From a virus: 64,000 bases of DNA. Within the stretch, counting starts at the first letter, position 1; every line of letters begins with the position of its first letter. The DNA is taken from IMG/VR virus record IMGVR_UViG_3300044800_000286; one strand, written 5' to 3'. Position numbers and translations under genes: made by a program. The notes below the pieces were generated by a model that saw only the letters and a list, made by a program, of their open reading frames with translations, was not told the origin of the DNA and ran no database searches. Shown piece by piece: positions 48,201-58,800 of this stretch.

Positions 48201-50156
48201 GGCTTGACGCTCGCGACGAACACAGGCATCATTGCCGGAACGTTGAGTTCGCCTCCGGGAAGCAGCCCGACGCCGCTGTTCACTGTTGGCAGTCCGATCA
48301 CGTTCACCTTGACCGACAGCCGTGGTGCGACCGTATCCAAGAACTTCTCCTGGAACTACAACAACATTATGCGAATCACAACCACGGTAATTCCGACAAT
48401 CGTGGACCTCACGGTCTACGGTTTTGCCATGTCGGCCTTGGGCGGCACGGGCATCGGATACACCTGGTCAATCGGCACGGGCTCGCCGACAGCCGCCCTG
48501 CCTACAGGCATTTCCTTCAGTAGCTCTGGCGTTTTCTCCGGGACAGCGCTGGTGCCGTCGCCGCCGACTCCGTATAGCTCGTCATTCCCGATTACGGTCA
48601 CCGATAGTGCCGCCAATACATGGACAGGCTTGTACCCATCCGGCGCTCTGTTTTTGATCCAAACCGGTCCCGCTGTTTTGAACATTGACCAAAGCAAGGT
48701 TGGCGTCATTGACCGTGGCGTGCCGTATCAGGGCACATTGACCCTTGAGAACGGAACCAGCAATTATGTGCCCCCGATCCAGTGGCAGGTCGCCCCCTCG
48801 GGGAATGCGATTTTGTCCGGCTTGGCGTTTCAGGCGGACGGTGCAACGCAGGGCGTGAACGCCATTGTCGGCGGCACGTATTCCGGCACGCCGTACCAGC
48901 CTTACAGTATTGCCAAGATCACGGGTAGCGGTGCGACCGTCACTGTGACGACGCAGGATGCAATTGGTTTCGTCGCGACCAATACGGTTGTCATCAGCGG
49001 CACTGTCAATTTCAATGGTGCCCATGCCGTCGCATCGGTCGCTGGCGATTACAGCAGCTTCACATACTCTTCCAGCGTCGTAGGGACGGAAACCACCGGA
49101 ACCGCCACGGTCGCGACCGACCTGTATCCGATCCAGGTTCTGGCGGTGGACTCGATAGGGCAGTCTGCGTTTTTGGCCCCTGTCTATCTCAACACCGGAA
49201 CAGATTTGATAATCGCTACGACAAGTCTGCCCAACGCCATAGTCAGCGGATCGTACAACTGCACTCTTGCCGCATCGGGCGGTGTGCCGCCGTACACATG
49301 GATGGTTGATCCGACTTCGGTTCCCTCTTCCTTGCCCGCATCGCTGAGTTTGAATAGTAGCACCGGAGCGATCACAGGCCCAGCAGGCACTATTTTTTCT
49401 GATTCTATTATTTTCCGCGTCACGGACAGCCTCAGCGGCATTCCGAATTTTGCGCGAGCCACGCTGAGCTTAACATCGCAAGCGACTGGTTTGACGATTA
49501 CAACCACGTCAATCACCCCGGCGATCTCCGGGCAGGCTTACACATTCGCACTGGCTGCGTCCGGCAGTGCGAACACCCCGTACACATGGAGCATCGACAG
49601 CGGCTCGCTCCCCACTGGGCTGAGCCTCAGCACCTCCGCCAACCAAGGCATCATCAGCGGCACCTCGACGGCCGTCGGGTCCAGCCAGTCGATCACCTTC
49701 CGGGTCACGGACAGCATCGGGGCCTACGCGACTAAGGCGCTGACAGTGTCCGTGGGGTCCGCCCTGACTCTGTACTCGGGGATCGACTATGAGGACAGCA
49801 TCAGCACCGGAATCCTCGGGTACATCGACCAGGGCCAAGTTAGCTCGATCAATCCGCGCCCGAATTTGTCCTTCTATGTCGTGGCCACCGGGGTGCAGAG
49901 CACATCGCCTGCCCAGATGTCCGTGTCCACGGGCAACGCCAATATCACTGGCGCGGTGGCCTCGCTCGGCGGCGGGATCGCCCAGATCAGCCTGACGGGG
50001 ACGGGCTTCGCTGCCGGGTCTCTGGGAAGCAACCCCTTGTCGGTCTCGGTAACGGATTCCGGCACGACGGTTACGGGCACCTTTACGTGGGTGGTTTACA
50101 ACGACGGAACCCTTCGCATCGGCGCTACTTTGCCGACGCAGTTGACGACGCCATAA
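45201..50156 (+). CDS. Ig-like (He_PIG) repeat virion protein
   Basis: Many I.T..LP...G..Y...A.GG.PPY.W...LP.GL.L..TG.I.G.P repeats. Confidence 0.85.
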   Translation: MSVYASAPAVGILDSSNNLTFSWTPYPDGSGLFSQYDHWVITVDSTPYTVQRVPLTGNLSTQTFTQILNSGSHAITMQGFNSSSVAVTDPWETNNVPTARTFPAVFAPSSVALSLASVLLGQTLTLTLSSLYAGADQWQVLWPDNTATGWLPLSAGVVAKSFSVPGAQNIVVQVRKDYSGNQYVPPASLIRQIAQQIFVIDQQAPGTTPTTGGLTGDLGIGGQQGFEIVDASSPTAVPNPWEIIARAFVRDTITNELKLLVATTRFSNASSLLGTMAIDVFPVEGRPHSLELIVPVYELTTTSATGSVPVKIQTSTLPNLIVGKSISQALGGTLALTVKSGTGIQPFLWTATELPAGVSMSSSGVINGIPLELGAFTPTFAVQDSSIPFSIDEATLNVTVITDLLVQIATGQTDAKGNALAPLGTTFGIAQVGTPYTVQMQVGNINASAATAGGLPPYQWSIPAGALPIGLSIDPNTGIISGRPCTYNSTTDYSLTYTAVVQVTDAIGAKATQTYTMSLIAAALQFGPIDQSLIFSLQEFNLDVPVFGGQSPYNSLVFTAPPSDGSYYGTVALIDGRVEVPVSSGGFPTTSIGGHQFVLSVSDSSSPTKTTGNVSVNFQVGVPSATPPIGEISDIRIVQADPEHYWDYADSTAKTLPIRGNLTGYTLQGGTLSPDLSNGIVLAIDATVPQVDATGPATTYNNAQLRIPLVLTQSGQAFGSVSREYTFSAHNDKASTGDIGTFTAYPRPYIIGDAVGLNPRKPYFNSTATVPASLAGSVSPPEPLLTARVQSGSSLPPGLSLDANTGLIYGTLVGLSTGSSIVEYTDAGGTIHGTITINWATYQSTFQSTNPGNSVAGSMGVAATLTLFTAPSGITLANPMIIYPLSNNVAYGVPGLLLGLDVTNTMVRLTGTPTEAGYFDIWLQVQGNNASQVSYVYQRVVIGYAKPMIILTSSLPDISAAPLTTQFPSNGITLQGFGGVPPYAWSSPQFPSGSGAAPIVGLTLATNTGIIAGTLSSPPGSSPTPLFTVGSPITFTLTDSRGATVSKNFSWNYNNIMRITTTVIPTIVDLTVYGFAMSALGGTGIGYTWSIGTGSPTAALPTGISFSSSGVFSGTALVPSPPTPYSSSFPITVTDSAANTWTGLYPSGALFLIQTGPAVLNIDQSKVGVIDRGVPYQGTLTLENGTSNYVPPIQWQVAPSGNAILSGLAFQADGATQGVNAIVGGTYSGTPYQPYSIAKITGSGATVTVTTQDAIGFVATNTVVISGTVNFNGAHAVASVAGDYSSFTYSSSVVGTETTGTATVATDLYPIQVLAVDSIGQSAFLAPVYLNTGTDLIIATTSLPNAIVSGSYNCTLAASGGVPPYTWMVDPTSVPSSLPASLSLNSSTGAITGPAGTIFSDSIIFRVTDSLSGIPNFARATLSLTSQATGLTITTTSITPAISGQAYTFALAASGSANTPYTWSIDSGSLPTGLSLSTSANQGIISGTSTAVGSSQSITFRVTDSIGAYATKALTVSVGSALTLYSGIDYEDSISTGILGYIDQGQVSSINPRPNLSFYVVATGVQSTSPAQMSVSTGNANITGAVASLGGGIAQISLTGTGFAAGSLGSNPLSVSVTDSGTTVTGTFTWVVYNDGTLRIGATLPTQLTTP

Positions 50157-50166
50157 AGAGGAAGAA

Positions 50167-52512
50167 ATGCCGAATGAAATTGTAACTGTAAACATATCGG
50201 GGGTCAACCCGCAAACGTTAACCCGCACGGTTAACGTGAGTGCATCGCTGGGGACGGGCACCGTCCCCATTAGCTGGACCGGTGCCAACTTCGGTTTGGA
50301 CAGCATCTCGGCGTCTGCCACGATCACGGGGTCGGGCCTGACCTCCAACACGGCCCAGACCCGCTGGGGCTATGCCGATATCGTCCCCGTATTCAACTCC
50401 TCGGGCGCATCCGGCGGCCCGAGCAGCACCACCTTTTGGACGTTCGTCGTGATCGGCGTCATGCCGGACGGCACGCACACCGGGTCCAGCCACTCCGTCA
50501 CGATCAACTACACCCACTTTTACCTCTCATGGAACGCCGTGCCGGGCGTCAGCTACTACAATGTGTATTGCACGTCGTCGATACAAGGCCAAGCCGGGGG
50601 GCTGTCGGCGACCGTGGGCTTGCTGCACGGCGTAGGCTCGGGCAACGGCGGCGACAACAGCAGCACTCGCGCCGGTGGTGGTCCCAATTTCCCGCCCTCG
50701 TTTACCCAGATGTGGATGGACGACGGCGCGATGTTTCCATATCGTGGAGACGGCTCCGCTCCTCCGGCCACCAACACGACGATGCTCGCTCCGAGTCTGG
50801 CAACGCCTTCCGGCAAGCTGACGATCATTCCCTCGGGTTCCGCGCTTGTCGTTGGCGGTGTTCAAACCCTGACCGTCAACGTGAGCGGCATCGTCTACAC
50901 GTCGGTCCCGTACATTCCGCTGTACCAAGGGGTCTCCGGCACTTTGCCGCTGTACAACAATCCGAGCAGCAACGTCTTCGCGTACCAAACCTACAACGGC
51001 AGCCCCGTGGACAAGGCCACGGCGGTGAGCAGCGCATGGTCGCTGTCGGGCGACAACACCTACTGGCAGGGACGCACGTCCGTGGCTTACGACGGCACGA
51101 ACTTCAACCTGAGCTACAACGGAAGCGCCCCGGCGAGCGGCGTGGACACCACGAATCTCACGATCATCGCGGACGACATCGCATGGTACAATGCCACGCC
51201 CAAGACGTTCGACCTGTTCGCCGTGCAAGGAACGGCCGGGGGCGTGACGGATTCCATCCTGGTAAACTGGCTGGTTGAGCCAACGGTCGCCTCGGTCAGC
51301 CCCACGACGGCGCTCGCCAACGGCACGTCCCAGACGTTCACCGTGACCCTATCGAGCCCCATCGGGCCTCGCCAGCTTGGCACGCAGTACGCCACGGGCA
51401 ACAGTATTTCGTCTTCGTTCAGCATGGTTGGTGGCACAGTAACAACCCCGAATGGGGTAGCTATCTATAATGGAAGCGGATGGCTCACCGGATGGACAGT
51501 GACGGCCACGATTCCTTCGTCCTCGTCCAACGGCACCGCCACGCTGAGCGCGAGCGTCACCGGGACGCTCACGTACTTGAACGGCACCTCATTCGCAATT
51601 GGGGCGGGAGTCACGTATATCACCGGAGCTATCGCCACCATCACCACGACGGGCTTGGGATTCACAGCGCCGCAGGCGTATTCGTTCTCTGTGTCTCCCG
51701 CTGGTCCCTCTTACACGGGAGCCATCGCGATTACCCCCACAGGTGTCGTGTTCCAGCAGCAGAACAACCCGATCACGATGGAATTCATTTCCTCAACAGG
51801 CAATATTGTTGCAGGCACGCAAACAAACCGCGCGACGGGTTCGTTCGGAGGCAACTCCGGCTGGATCACTACGTTCGCGGGTCCCTCCTTCACATCGTCT
51901 TCGTATCTTCCGGCATCCCCCGGCGTGAACCTCGGGTTCAGGGCGACGGACTCCACTAGCGGCTTGAGCGTCACGTTCCTTACGTCCGGTTCCTATTATG
52001 AAATCACAGGTGGCGGCGGGGGCGGCGGGGGTGGATGCCCGGCGGTCGAGATGTTCCTCGACGGCACGCATCGTGTCTGCGATGCAATTCTCGGTTTTGC
52101 CGTGAACACTCTTGCGGGTGAGGCGGAAGATTATGTGAACGGCTTGCCTCTTACCGAGGACGCCGAGATCATCCATATGGATTACAGCACCCAGCCCTGC
52201 TACCACCTCATAGCGGAGAACAGCGCCGAGATTATTGTCTCCGACAGCACCCCGGTCCCGACTCGTGAAGCAATCATCATCATCGCTCAGGGAGCGTCAA
52301 TCGATGAAATCCCAGTCTATGCCAATCAGGTGCGTGCGGGGATGCACGTCATTACCGACGTGGGTAACGGGCTTGAATGGTCGATGTTGACCGAGACTGT
52401 AGCCATCGGTATGCGCCGCGTGTGCCGCTTGCACTGCGGAGGCAGGAACTTTGCAGCCGGAAGACAGCCAGGCAAGTACATTTACACACACAACCTCCTG
52501 TATGTGAAATAA
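50167..52512 (+). CDS. tail/virion protein with C-terminal Hint domain
   Basis: Gly9-Cys624 ... His775-Asn776 followed by LLYVK. Confidence 0.8.
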   Translation: MPNEIVTVNISGVNPQTLTRTVNVSASLGTGTVPISWTGANFGLDSISASATITGSGLTSNTAQTRWGYADIVPVFNSSGASGGPSSTTFWTFVVIGVMPDGTHTGSSHSVTINYTHFYLSWNAVPGVSYYNVYCTSSIQGQAGGLSATVGLLHGVGSGNGGDNSSTRAGGGPNFPPSFTQMWMDDGAMFPYRGDGSAPPATNTTMLAPSLATPSGKLTIIPSGSALVVGGVQTLTVNVSGIVYTSVPYIPLYQGVSGTLPLYNNPSSNVFAYQTYNGSPVDKATAVSSAWSLSGDNTYWQGRTSVAYDGTNFNLSYNGSAPASGVDTTNLTIIADDIAWYNATPKTFDLFAVQGTAGGVTDSILVNWLVEPTVASVSPTTALANGTSQTFTVTLSSPIGPRQLGTQYATGNSISSSFSMVGGTVTTPNGVAIYNGSGWLTGWTVTATIPSSSSNGTATLSASVTGTLTYLNGTSFAIGAGVTYITGAIATITTTGLGFTAPQAYSFSVSPAGPSYTGAIAITPTGVVFQQQNNPITMEFISSTGNIVAGTQTNRATGSFGGNSGWITTFAGPSFTSSSYLPASPGVNLGFRATDSTSGLSVTFLTSGSYYEITGGGGGGGGGCPAVEMFLDGTHRVCDAILGFAVNTLAGEAEDYVNGLPLTEDAEIIHMDYSTQPCYHLIAENSAEIIVSDSTPVPTREAIIIIAQGASIDEIPVYANQVRAGMHVITDVGNGLEWSMLTETVAIGMRRVCRLHCGGRNFAAGRQPGKYIYTHNLLYVK

Positions 52513-52514
52513 AC

Positions 52515-53744
52515 ATGAACACCCTAGCGATTCTAACGAAGAACAAGGCAGCGTCTTTTAGGCGTTGCCTTGTGACGCTTCGGGATAATGCCGAGGAGTT
52601 CGGCCACGATGTCCGATTTGTTGTGGCGGACGACTCGACTGACCCAACGCCAAATCGTCAGACGCTTGAAGAAGTTGGTGTTAGTTTCACGCATCTGGAC
52701 CGCGCATGCCGGGAAGGATTTATTCAGGATTTGGGACGCCGATCCGGATGCCCAGAAGAGCTTCTTCGCTATGCCTTGCTGCCCGACGGCGATGTGGCGA
52801 TGGGTGCGGTGCGCAATTTTTTGACTCTGGTTCTGGCGGGACAACAATTCATCACGATCGATGACGACATGGTATGCAAATTCGCTGCGGTTCCCGGCTC
52901 TAGCGACGAGATTATCTACTCGCTCAAGCCTACCCGGGAATTCCAAACGTGTTGGATCATCGATGGAGTTGATGAAAAGAGTCTAAGCGACGAAGATTTC
53001 ATTGGCAAGCACGAGCAATTGTTTAACGCCGCGGTTAAACCCTCTCTTGTTGCGGGTGGCTCGGTCGGGGATTCGGGGGCTACAAACGCCTATTACGGAC
53101 TGATCGCTCCGGAAGTCGTGTCAAAGCTCGACTCTTATGAGCGCATGCTACAGGTGCTTTGCAATCGACAAGTACTCCGGTCAACGACTAACCCACAAAT
53201 AGTTAACTGGGTGATCTGTCCGGGAATGAGCCTGGGACTGGATGCGAGTACGCTTCTCCCCCCGTTTTTTCCTATGGGACGTGGGGAAGATGTCCTGTTC
53301 GGGACGATGCTAATGAATTGTCTTAAGAAGCCATCAGCATACTGCAATTATGCGATGTGGCATACGTCCGCTCGAAAAGCCGATTTAGTTCGTGACTTGG
53401 AGACGATAGCCTTTCCCACTTTTCCCGAATTCATTTACATCTTAGTGTGCCAGATCAATCCGCAAAGTCTGGGTGAGTTTGGTCAGGTTCTCAGGCAAAT
53501 AGCCAATGATGAAAAGTTCAAAGTGGCTGTCGTTGATGATTGGCGTAAAAGAGCCATCGGGCTTTTTTCCGCCCGTGCAGGGGGGTTGCCGGAGTTTATA
53601 GCACGGGAAAGTCAAAAGGTGCAGCGGGCATATCGTGCAGCAGCCCCGTATGAAATACCGGCTTTCCCGATTGAAAAGTACGGCGAGCTTCTGGCAGCTT
53701 GGCCTTCCGTTTTCGAGGCGGCAAAGACCTATGGCGAATACTAG
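52515..53744 (+). CDS. GT-A fold glycosyltransferase-like protein
   Basis: VVADDS, GAVRN, TIDDD and GED motifs. Confidence 0.7.
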   Translation: MNTLAILTKNKAASFRRCLVTLRDNAEEFGHDVRFVVADDSTDPTPNRQTLEEVGVSFTHLDRACREGFIQDLGRRSGCPEELLRYALLPDGDVAMGAVRNFLTLVLAGQQFITIDDDMVCKFAAVPGSSDEIIYSLKPTREFQTCWIIDGVDEKSLSDEDFIGKHEQLFNAAVKPSLVAGGSVGDSGATNAYYGLIAPEVVSKLDSYERMLQVLCNRQVLRSTTNPQIVNWVICPGMSLGLDASTLLPPFFPMGRGEDVLFGTMLMNCLKKPSAYCNYAMWHTSARKADLVRDLETIAFPTFPEFIYILVCQINPQSLGEFGQVLRQIANDEKFKVAVVDDWRKRAIGLFSARAGGLPEFIARESQKVQRAYRAAAPYEIPAFPIEKYGELLAAWPSVFEAAKTYGEY

Positions 53745-53814
53745 ACATGAGGATTTAACCGGCAAGAAGTTTGGCACGCTTACACCTTTGAAAACGGAGG
53801 AAAAACATGCCTAA
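53731..53814 (+). pseudogene. 27-aa vestige of homing endonuclease (MANTRHEDLTGKKFGTLTPL...)
   Basis: DLTGKKFG.L matches the N-terminus of the local HNH family. Confidence 0.65.
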
Positions 53815-54478
53815 CGGGCGCATTTATTCTTATCCCGGACCGCCGTTCAACTTTCTTGGGCATCACTCCCAGACGCAGCAGAACGCGTTCGCCTCGTGGA
53901 TCAACGCCCGGACGGGCAAGCTGGCGGCGGTCCAGCAGTTCTACCAAATCCGGGCCGCCCAGTTGCGCAAGACAGCCGGGGTGCTGGAGCAGTATTACAA
54001 GGCCGTCAACGATGAAAAATTGGCTCCCACTTTCCAGAAGGAGACTTGGCAGCCCGGCCCGCAGGGGCATTTTTCGTATGTTTGGCGCGAGGATCATCTG
54101 CCGATGGTCGCCATGGCGCAAATCAAGGACTACATGCGGGAGCAGTTGCAGCGGCAGGACGAGGCCGTATTCCACATGAATCATATTCGCAATCTTGTTG
54201 AAAAACAAGAAGATAAGGCTCAAAGGGCCAACGAGGCGCTCAACCATCCGTTGCGCAGCATCACGCAGCTTCTCGCCCAGATCAACACTTATTTCAACAA
54301 GCCGGAATATGACGCTGTTCTAGTGAAGGACACCGTTGATGTGTACCCCGCAGGGTCGTCCCAGCCGAGGTTCCGTGTGCACCAGCTTGATGCCCCGACG
54401 CAGTGGGAGCTTGAGCAACTCGGACGTGCTTCAGCACCGGGCGCGGCGGTCAATATCAAGCAGGAGATTCAGCAGTAA
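53807..54478 (+). CDS. hypothetical baseplate-region protein
   Basis: GGAGG RBS; coding bias. Confidence 0.7.
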   Translation: MPNGRIYSYPGPPFNFLGHHSQTQQNAFASWINARTGKLAAVQQFYQIRAAQLRKTAGVLEQYYKAVNDEKLAPTFQKETWQPGPQGHFSYVWREDHLPMVAMAQIKDYMREQLQRQDEAVFHMNHIRNLVEKQEDKAQRANEALNHPLRSITQLLAQINTYFNKPEYDAVLVKDTVDVYPAGSSQPRFRVHQLDAPTQWELEQLGRASAPGAAVNIKQEIQQ

Positions 54479-54750
54479 TGCGAAAAGAAGACTTAATCGG
54501 ACAGAAATTTGGAAAGCTGACAGTAATATCTGCCGCTCCATCTCATAAAGGTCGGGCGATGTGGGTGTGTAAATGTGAATGCGGAAATCAGAGTACGGCT
54601 CGCGCTGGTAACTTGAAAAGAAATAAAACGAACAGTTGTGGTTGCAATAAAGGCAAGGGAAAGCATTTTAGTTATGAAGAGTGGGTTGAGGTTGGAAAAA
54701 CCCTAAGGAAGTTCAGAAAGCAACAGTTAAAACTTGGAGCGGGGGTGTAA
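54478..54750 (+). CDS. truncated homing endonuclease (single repeat domain)
   Basis: DLIGQKFGKL..W.C.CECG..SCGC; no nuclease domain. Confidence 0.7.
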   Translation: MRKEDLIGQKFGKLTVISAAPSHKGRAMWVCKCECGNQSTARAGNLKRNKTNSCGCNKGKGKHFSYEEWVEVGKTLRKFRKQQLKLGAGV

Positions 54751-54751
54751 C

Positions 54752-55534
54752 ATTAGTTACGATTACAACGTTCTTACGGTCGATCCGGTGACTAGACTGC
54801 CTATAGGAGCCTGCTCGCATGACATAAGTTTTGAAAGATATGTAGTGAACCAGAACGACCACCGCACGCTGAACTACGCCAGCCTGCCGAGCATCAACAT
54901 GCGGGCCCCGATCAACGGCGCGGACATGGTGCGGATGTGGATTTCCGGCGAGGAGGTCTACTCCGACGACCCGGCATACGGCTGGCAGGTGGTCGTGGAC
55001 ACCAACCGTGTCGAGGAAAGCGACATCTTCTACAAGATCATGTTCAACAAGGCGATCCGCTTGGTTGTTCCCCTGATCGAGGTCTCCTACATCACTCGGC
55101 AGGGGCTCTGTCTGAAGTGCAGTGCCTTGGGCTCCTTGAACGATTTCAAGCTGTCGTCCGGAGGATTCTTGCAAGCTACTCGGAACACGAAGCTCGTGCA
55201 AAGAGCCCTCAAGTGGATTTTGACATCCGCGTGCCCGTTCTATCCCAACTTTGTGTGCGCGTTGAAGTCGTACATCGGGCGGAAGATCGGCATCCAAATC
55301 ACGGAGACCGACATCCAGACACAGATCGTGAACGCCCTCACGCAGATGCAGCGGGTCCAGCAGGCCCAGTCCACCGTGCAGTCGTTGGACCCGGCCGAGA
55401 TTTTGAAGGATATCATCGGCATAACCGTCACGCTCGATCCGAATGATCCGACCGTTGTGAGAGTGTCGGCGACGGTGTCGTCGTACGCCGGGACTGCTTC
55501 GCCGCTAGGATTTACTTTACGGATGAATTCATGA
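54752..55534 (+). CDS. baseplate wedge protein (gp25-like), possible ATT start
   Basis: CxxC plus KLVQ..KWILT..P.Y..IG.K and C-terminal DPT motifs; precedes J-like gene. Confidence 0.65.
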   Translation: MSYDYNVLTVDPVTRLPIGACSHDISFERYVVNQNDHRTLNYASLPSINMRAPINGADMVRMWISGEEVYSDDPAYGWQVVVDTNRVEESDIFYKIMFNKAIRLVVPLIEVSYITRQGLCLKCSALGSLNDFKLSSGGFLQATRNTKLVQRALKWILTSACPFYPNFVCALKSYIGRKIGIQITETDIQTQIVNALTQMQRVQQAQSTVQSLDPAEILKDIIGITVTLDPNDPTVVRVSATVSSYAGTASPLGFTLRMNS

Positions 55535-55893
55535 AACGAAAATACTTAAATCGCAAAGAACAGAGAGACGCTTGGATACGTACTCGTCCTATGTATCTGG
55601 CGGTGTCCAGAGCCAAAATAAGGGCCAAAGAGATGGGACTGGCATTAGACATTACGGATGCAGACCTTATGGTGCCAGAATTTTTTCCGGTATTTGGAAC
55701 AAGACTTGAGTTCAACCATCAAGATAAGGCAGGACCGACTGACAATTCTCCAAGTGTTGATCGGATACGACGGGAACTTGGCTACACAAAAGGAAATGTA
55801 AGAGTGATTTCAAATCGAGCTAATCGGCTTAGGTCAGACGCTACTGTAAAAGAACTCAAACCGCTCATTCTTGATGAGGAGTCCAGGCAATAA
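55531..55893 (+). CDS. HNH homing endonuclease
   Basis: SPSVDRI..LGYTKGNVRVISNRAN. Confidence 0.85.
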   Translation: MKRKYLNRKEQRDAWIRTRPMYLAVSRAKIRAKEMGLALDITDADLMVPEFFPVFGTRLEFNHQDKAGPTDNSPSVDRIRRELGYTKGNVRVISNRANRLRSDATVKELKPLILDEESRQ

Positions 55894-58800
55894 TGGCTAC
55901 CACCCCACAAACACTTCTATCCCCGTTGCAACTGGTGACTCCGGTCCTGCCTCCAAGCACTACCACGATGTCGGTGGATTCCACTGTTCTGCCCGTCACT
56001 GTGTTGGCGGACGCGAAGACAACCCGAATCGAGCTTTCACTGTACAACACGACGACGCCGATCACCACGTACACGGCATCTTCCAATGGAAACATTTTCA
56101 CGACCAGCGTCGCTATCGACCAGACCGTACTCGAAACCGCCGTCCAGTTGATCGGGCGCAATTACGATCCGAATGCCGCATGGAATCCCTTGACTACGTA
56201 TGCCGCTAGTTATCGGTACGCCGACACGAACGGGAACGTGCAAGTCGCGGTGCAGGCGGGCATCTCCGGATCGCTCCAGCCGACGTGGATCACCAATACC
56301 CCGGCGACGATCACCAACATTCAACTAAGCAGCAACACCCTCACAATCACTTCTCCGGGCAACACCCTCACAGCCGGGAAGCAGGTGTACCTGACGGGGC
56401 TCACGAACGCTACGTTCCTGAACGGATTGATCGTGACGGTTGTGACTCCCGGCGTGGCATTTACCGTTACATACATTCATGCCGATTATCTGTCTGCTGC
56501 CGACACGGGCACCGCCAATGCCGTCACGACGGACGGCGGTGTCCTCTGGGCCAACTACGGCGTCATCGCCATCACTCCCACGATCCAGTTCACCCTGCTG
56601 GCGTATGAGAGCGGCCTCGCGGTCGCCATCGCTCCCCCCTCGGGCATCACGGCGGAGAAGAACCAGACCGACTGCATCCTGCAATGGGTCACGCCGGACT
56701 ATCCGGGCTTCATCGGCGTGCGGGTGATGATCTCTACGGACCGAGCCGGGATCAGTCCGCCCTACACCCAGTTCGGCGACCTCGTCACAACCGTCAGCAA
56801 CACGGAACAGACGGTCATCAATACGGTGACCAACACGGCCGTAAACGTGCCCACGGCGGTCATCACGAACGTGGAAATCAGCAACGGCACCCTGACCGTC
56901 ACGGCCATCAACAGCTTTGTTCCCGGCACCGTCCTCGTCCTGACGGGCTTGAATAACGCCGTGTTTTTGAACGACGAAATCGTCACGGCGAACACCGCCA
57001 CTGGCACGCAGTTCACCGCCCATGTGGTCGCGCAGGATTATCCATCGGCACCCAACACCGGGACGGCGACGAGCACGATCTCGACCAACACCGTCACCAG
57101 CAAGCAAACGGTCATGGCCGCGAACTTCAGTTCCGTGGACATCCCCAGCAGCCTCATCAACCAAGACACGTTCTATGCCCTGTTCTCGACGGTCATTCAG
57201 GACACTATGGGCACCAACGTCCTTTACGAGTCCGTGCAGAACGGGCCGCTGCTTTGCGGCTTCGTCAACCTGAGGGTCGTCAGTCCCACGGATTTCGTCC
57301 CCGCGCTCCAGCGCAAGGAGGACATCGCCGGACGGCTTATCGGGCAGATCGTACGCCAGATTCCGACCTTGGACCTGTCGCCCCGCTCGGAAATCCGCGA
57401 CATCTTCATCGACCCGTTCTCCATCGAGTGCGCGAACATGAGCGTGCGCGAATGGTTCGCCCGCGTTAGCACGTCCATTTCTGCCATCTCGCAAGTAGAC
57501 GACACCACGGGCACTGGGGTCAGTGATCCGTTCCAGTCCAGTCCCTACAAGCAGCAGATCGCCCGCGCATACGGGCTGAGCCCGCAGGACACCCAGACCC
57601 TCATCAACGGGCAATTCGTCATCCTCGGCGAGCAGGCCGGGTTGATCCCCTTGGCGGCCAGCCAATCCACCGGCGTGCTGACGTTCTACACGTACCAGCA
57701 GCCGCAGTCCAGCTTCACGGTGCCGCAGGGAGCCGTGGTGGCGACCGTGGCGGACGCCAATACCCCGGCGTTGAACTTCGTCACGCAGGGGCAAGCGACG
57801 GTCAACATCTCCAACTTGTCTTCGTTCTACAATTCCGAATACGGCTGGTGGGCGGTCAGCGTCCCGGCGCAGTGCAGCGCCATGGGCTCGAACGGCAACG
57901 TCGGGGCGGGAACGATCCGGCAGGTCGTGAGCGGCGTGCCTTCGGGCTTGAACGTCACGAACCTCGTCCCGGCGGCCTACGGCACGGACAACGAATCCAA
58001 TTCCCATCTTGCCGCCCGCATCCAAGCACGGTTGGTGACGGGCGTGGACACCGGGACCCGCCACGGGTACCTCGGCACGGCATTGAGCACGCCGGGGATC
58101 ATCGGGGCGCAGGTCGTGGCGGCTGGCGACCTCGAAATGATACGGGACTGGGACCCGATCCGCCAGAAGCACGTCTTCGGCTGCGTGGATATCTATACCC
58201 GCGGAACGACGCTTTCCCAGCAGGACGAGACGGCGTTCTTTGAGTACCAGAACACGGGCACCTACGGGCAGACCAGCACCTACCTGCCGCTCCTTCCGGT
58301 AAGCGGGCTGAAGTTCCAGATCACGGGGTTCAGCGGGCTCCCCTACCCGCTCTACGATGCGGTGGAGATCGCGGTCACCCGTCTGGGAAGCACCTTCTAT
58401 CTCGGCACGGAACGGGCGCAGTTCGACAACGTCAACGGGGACGTTATTTTGAACCCCAACGACATGGCGTACCAGTATGCGGGCTCCACGGTCACTCAAG
58501 CTAGGATACCCCTGCTTCTTAACGGCACTCCGGCGACGAACCAAGCCGCGGCGGCGGCCCTCACGGGCGCTGTGGGCGGCACATACGCCATCACGATGTT
58601 CGCGCGCTACGAATCGCCGTTCACCTTGGTGCCCACGCTCCAGCCGGTCTTGGACATCTACTCCATCGTCGGGCAATCCGACCTGACGGGCATGGTTCCA
58701 AGCTCAGCCATCGAACTGATCCACACCTCGGACTTTTTGCTCGACGGCGGGTCGAATGCCGCCGGGGACACGGTTCAGGTCAACATCGTAAGCTCTCCGG

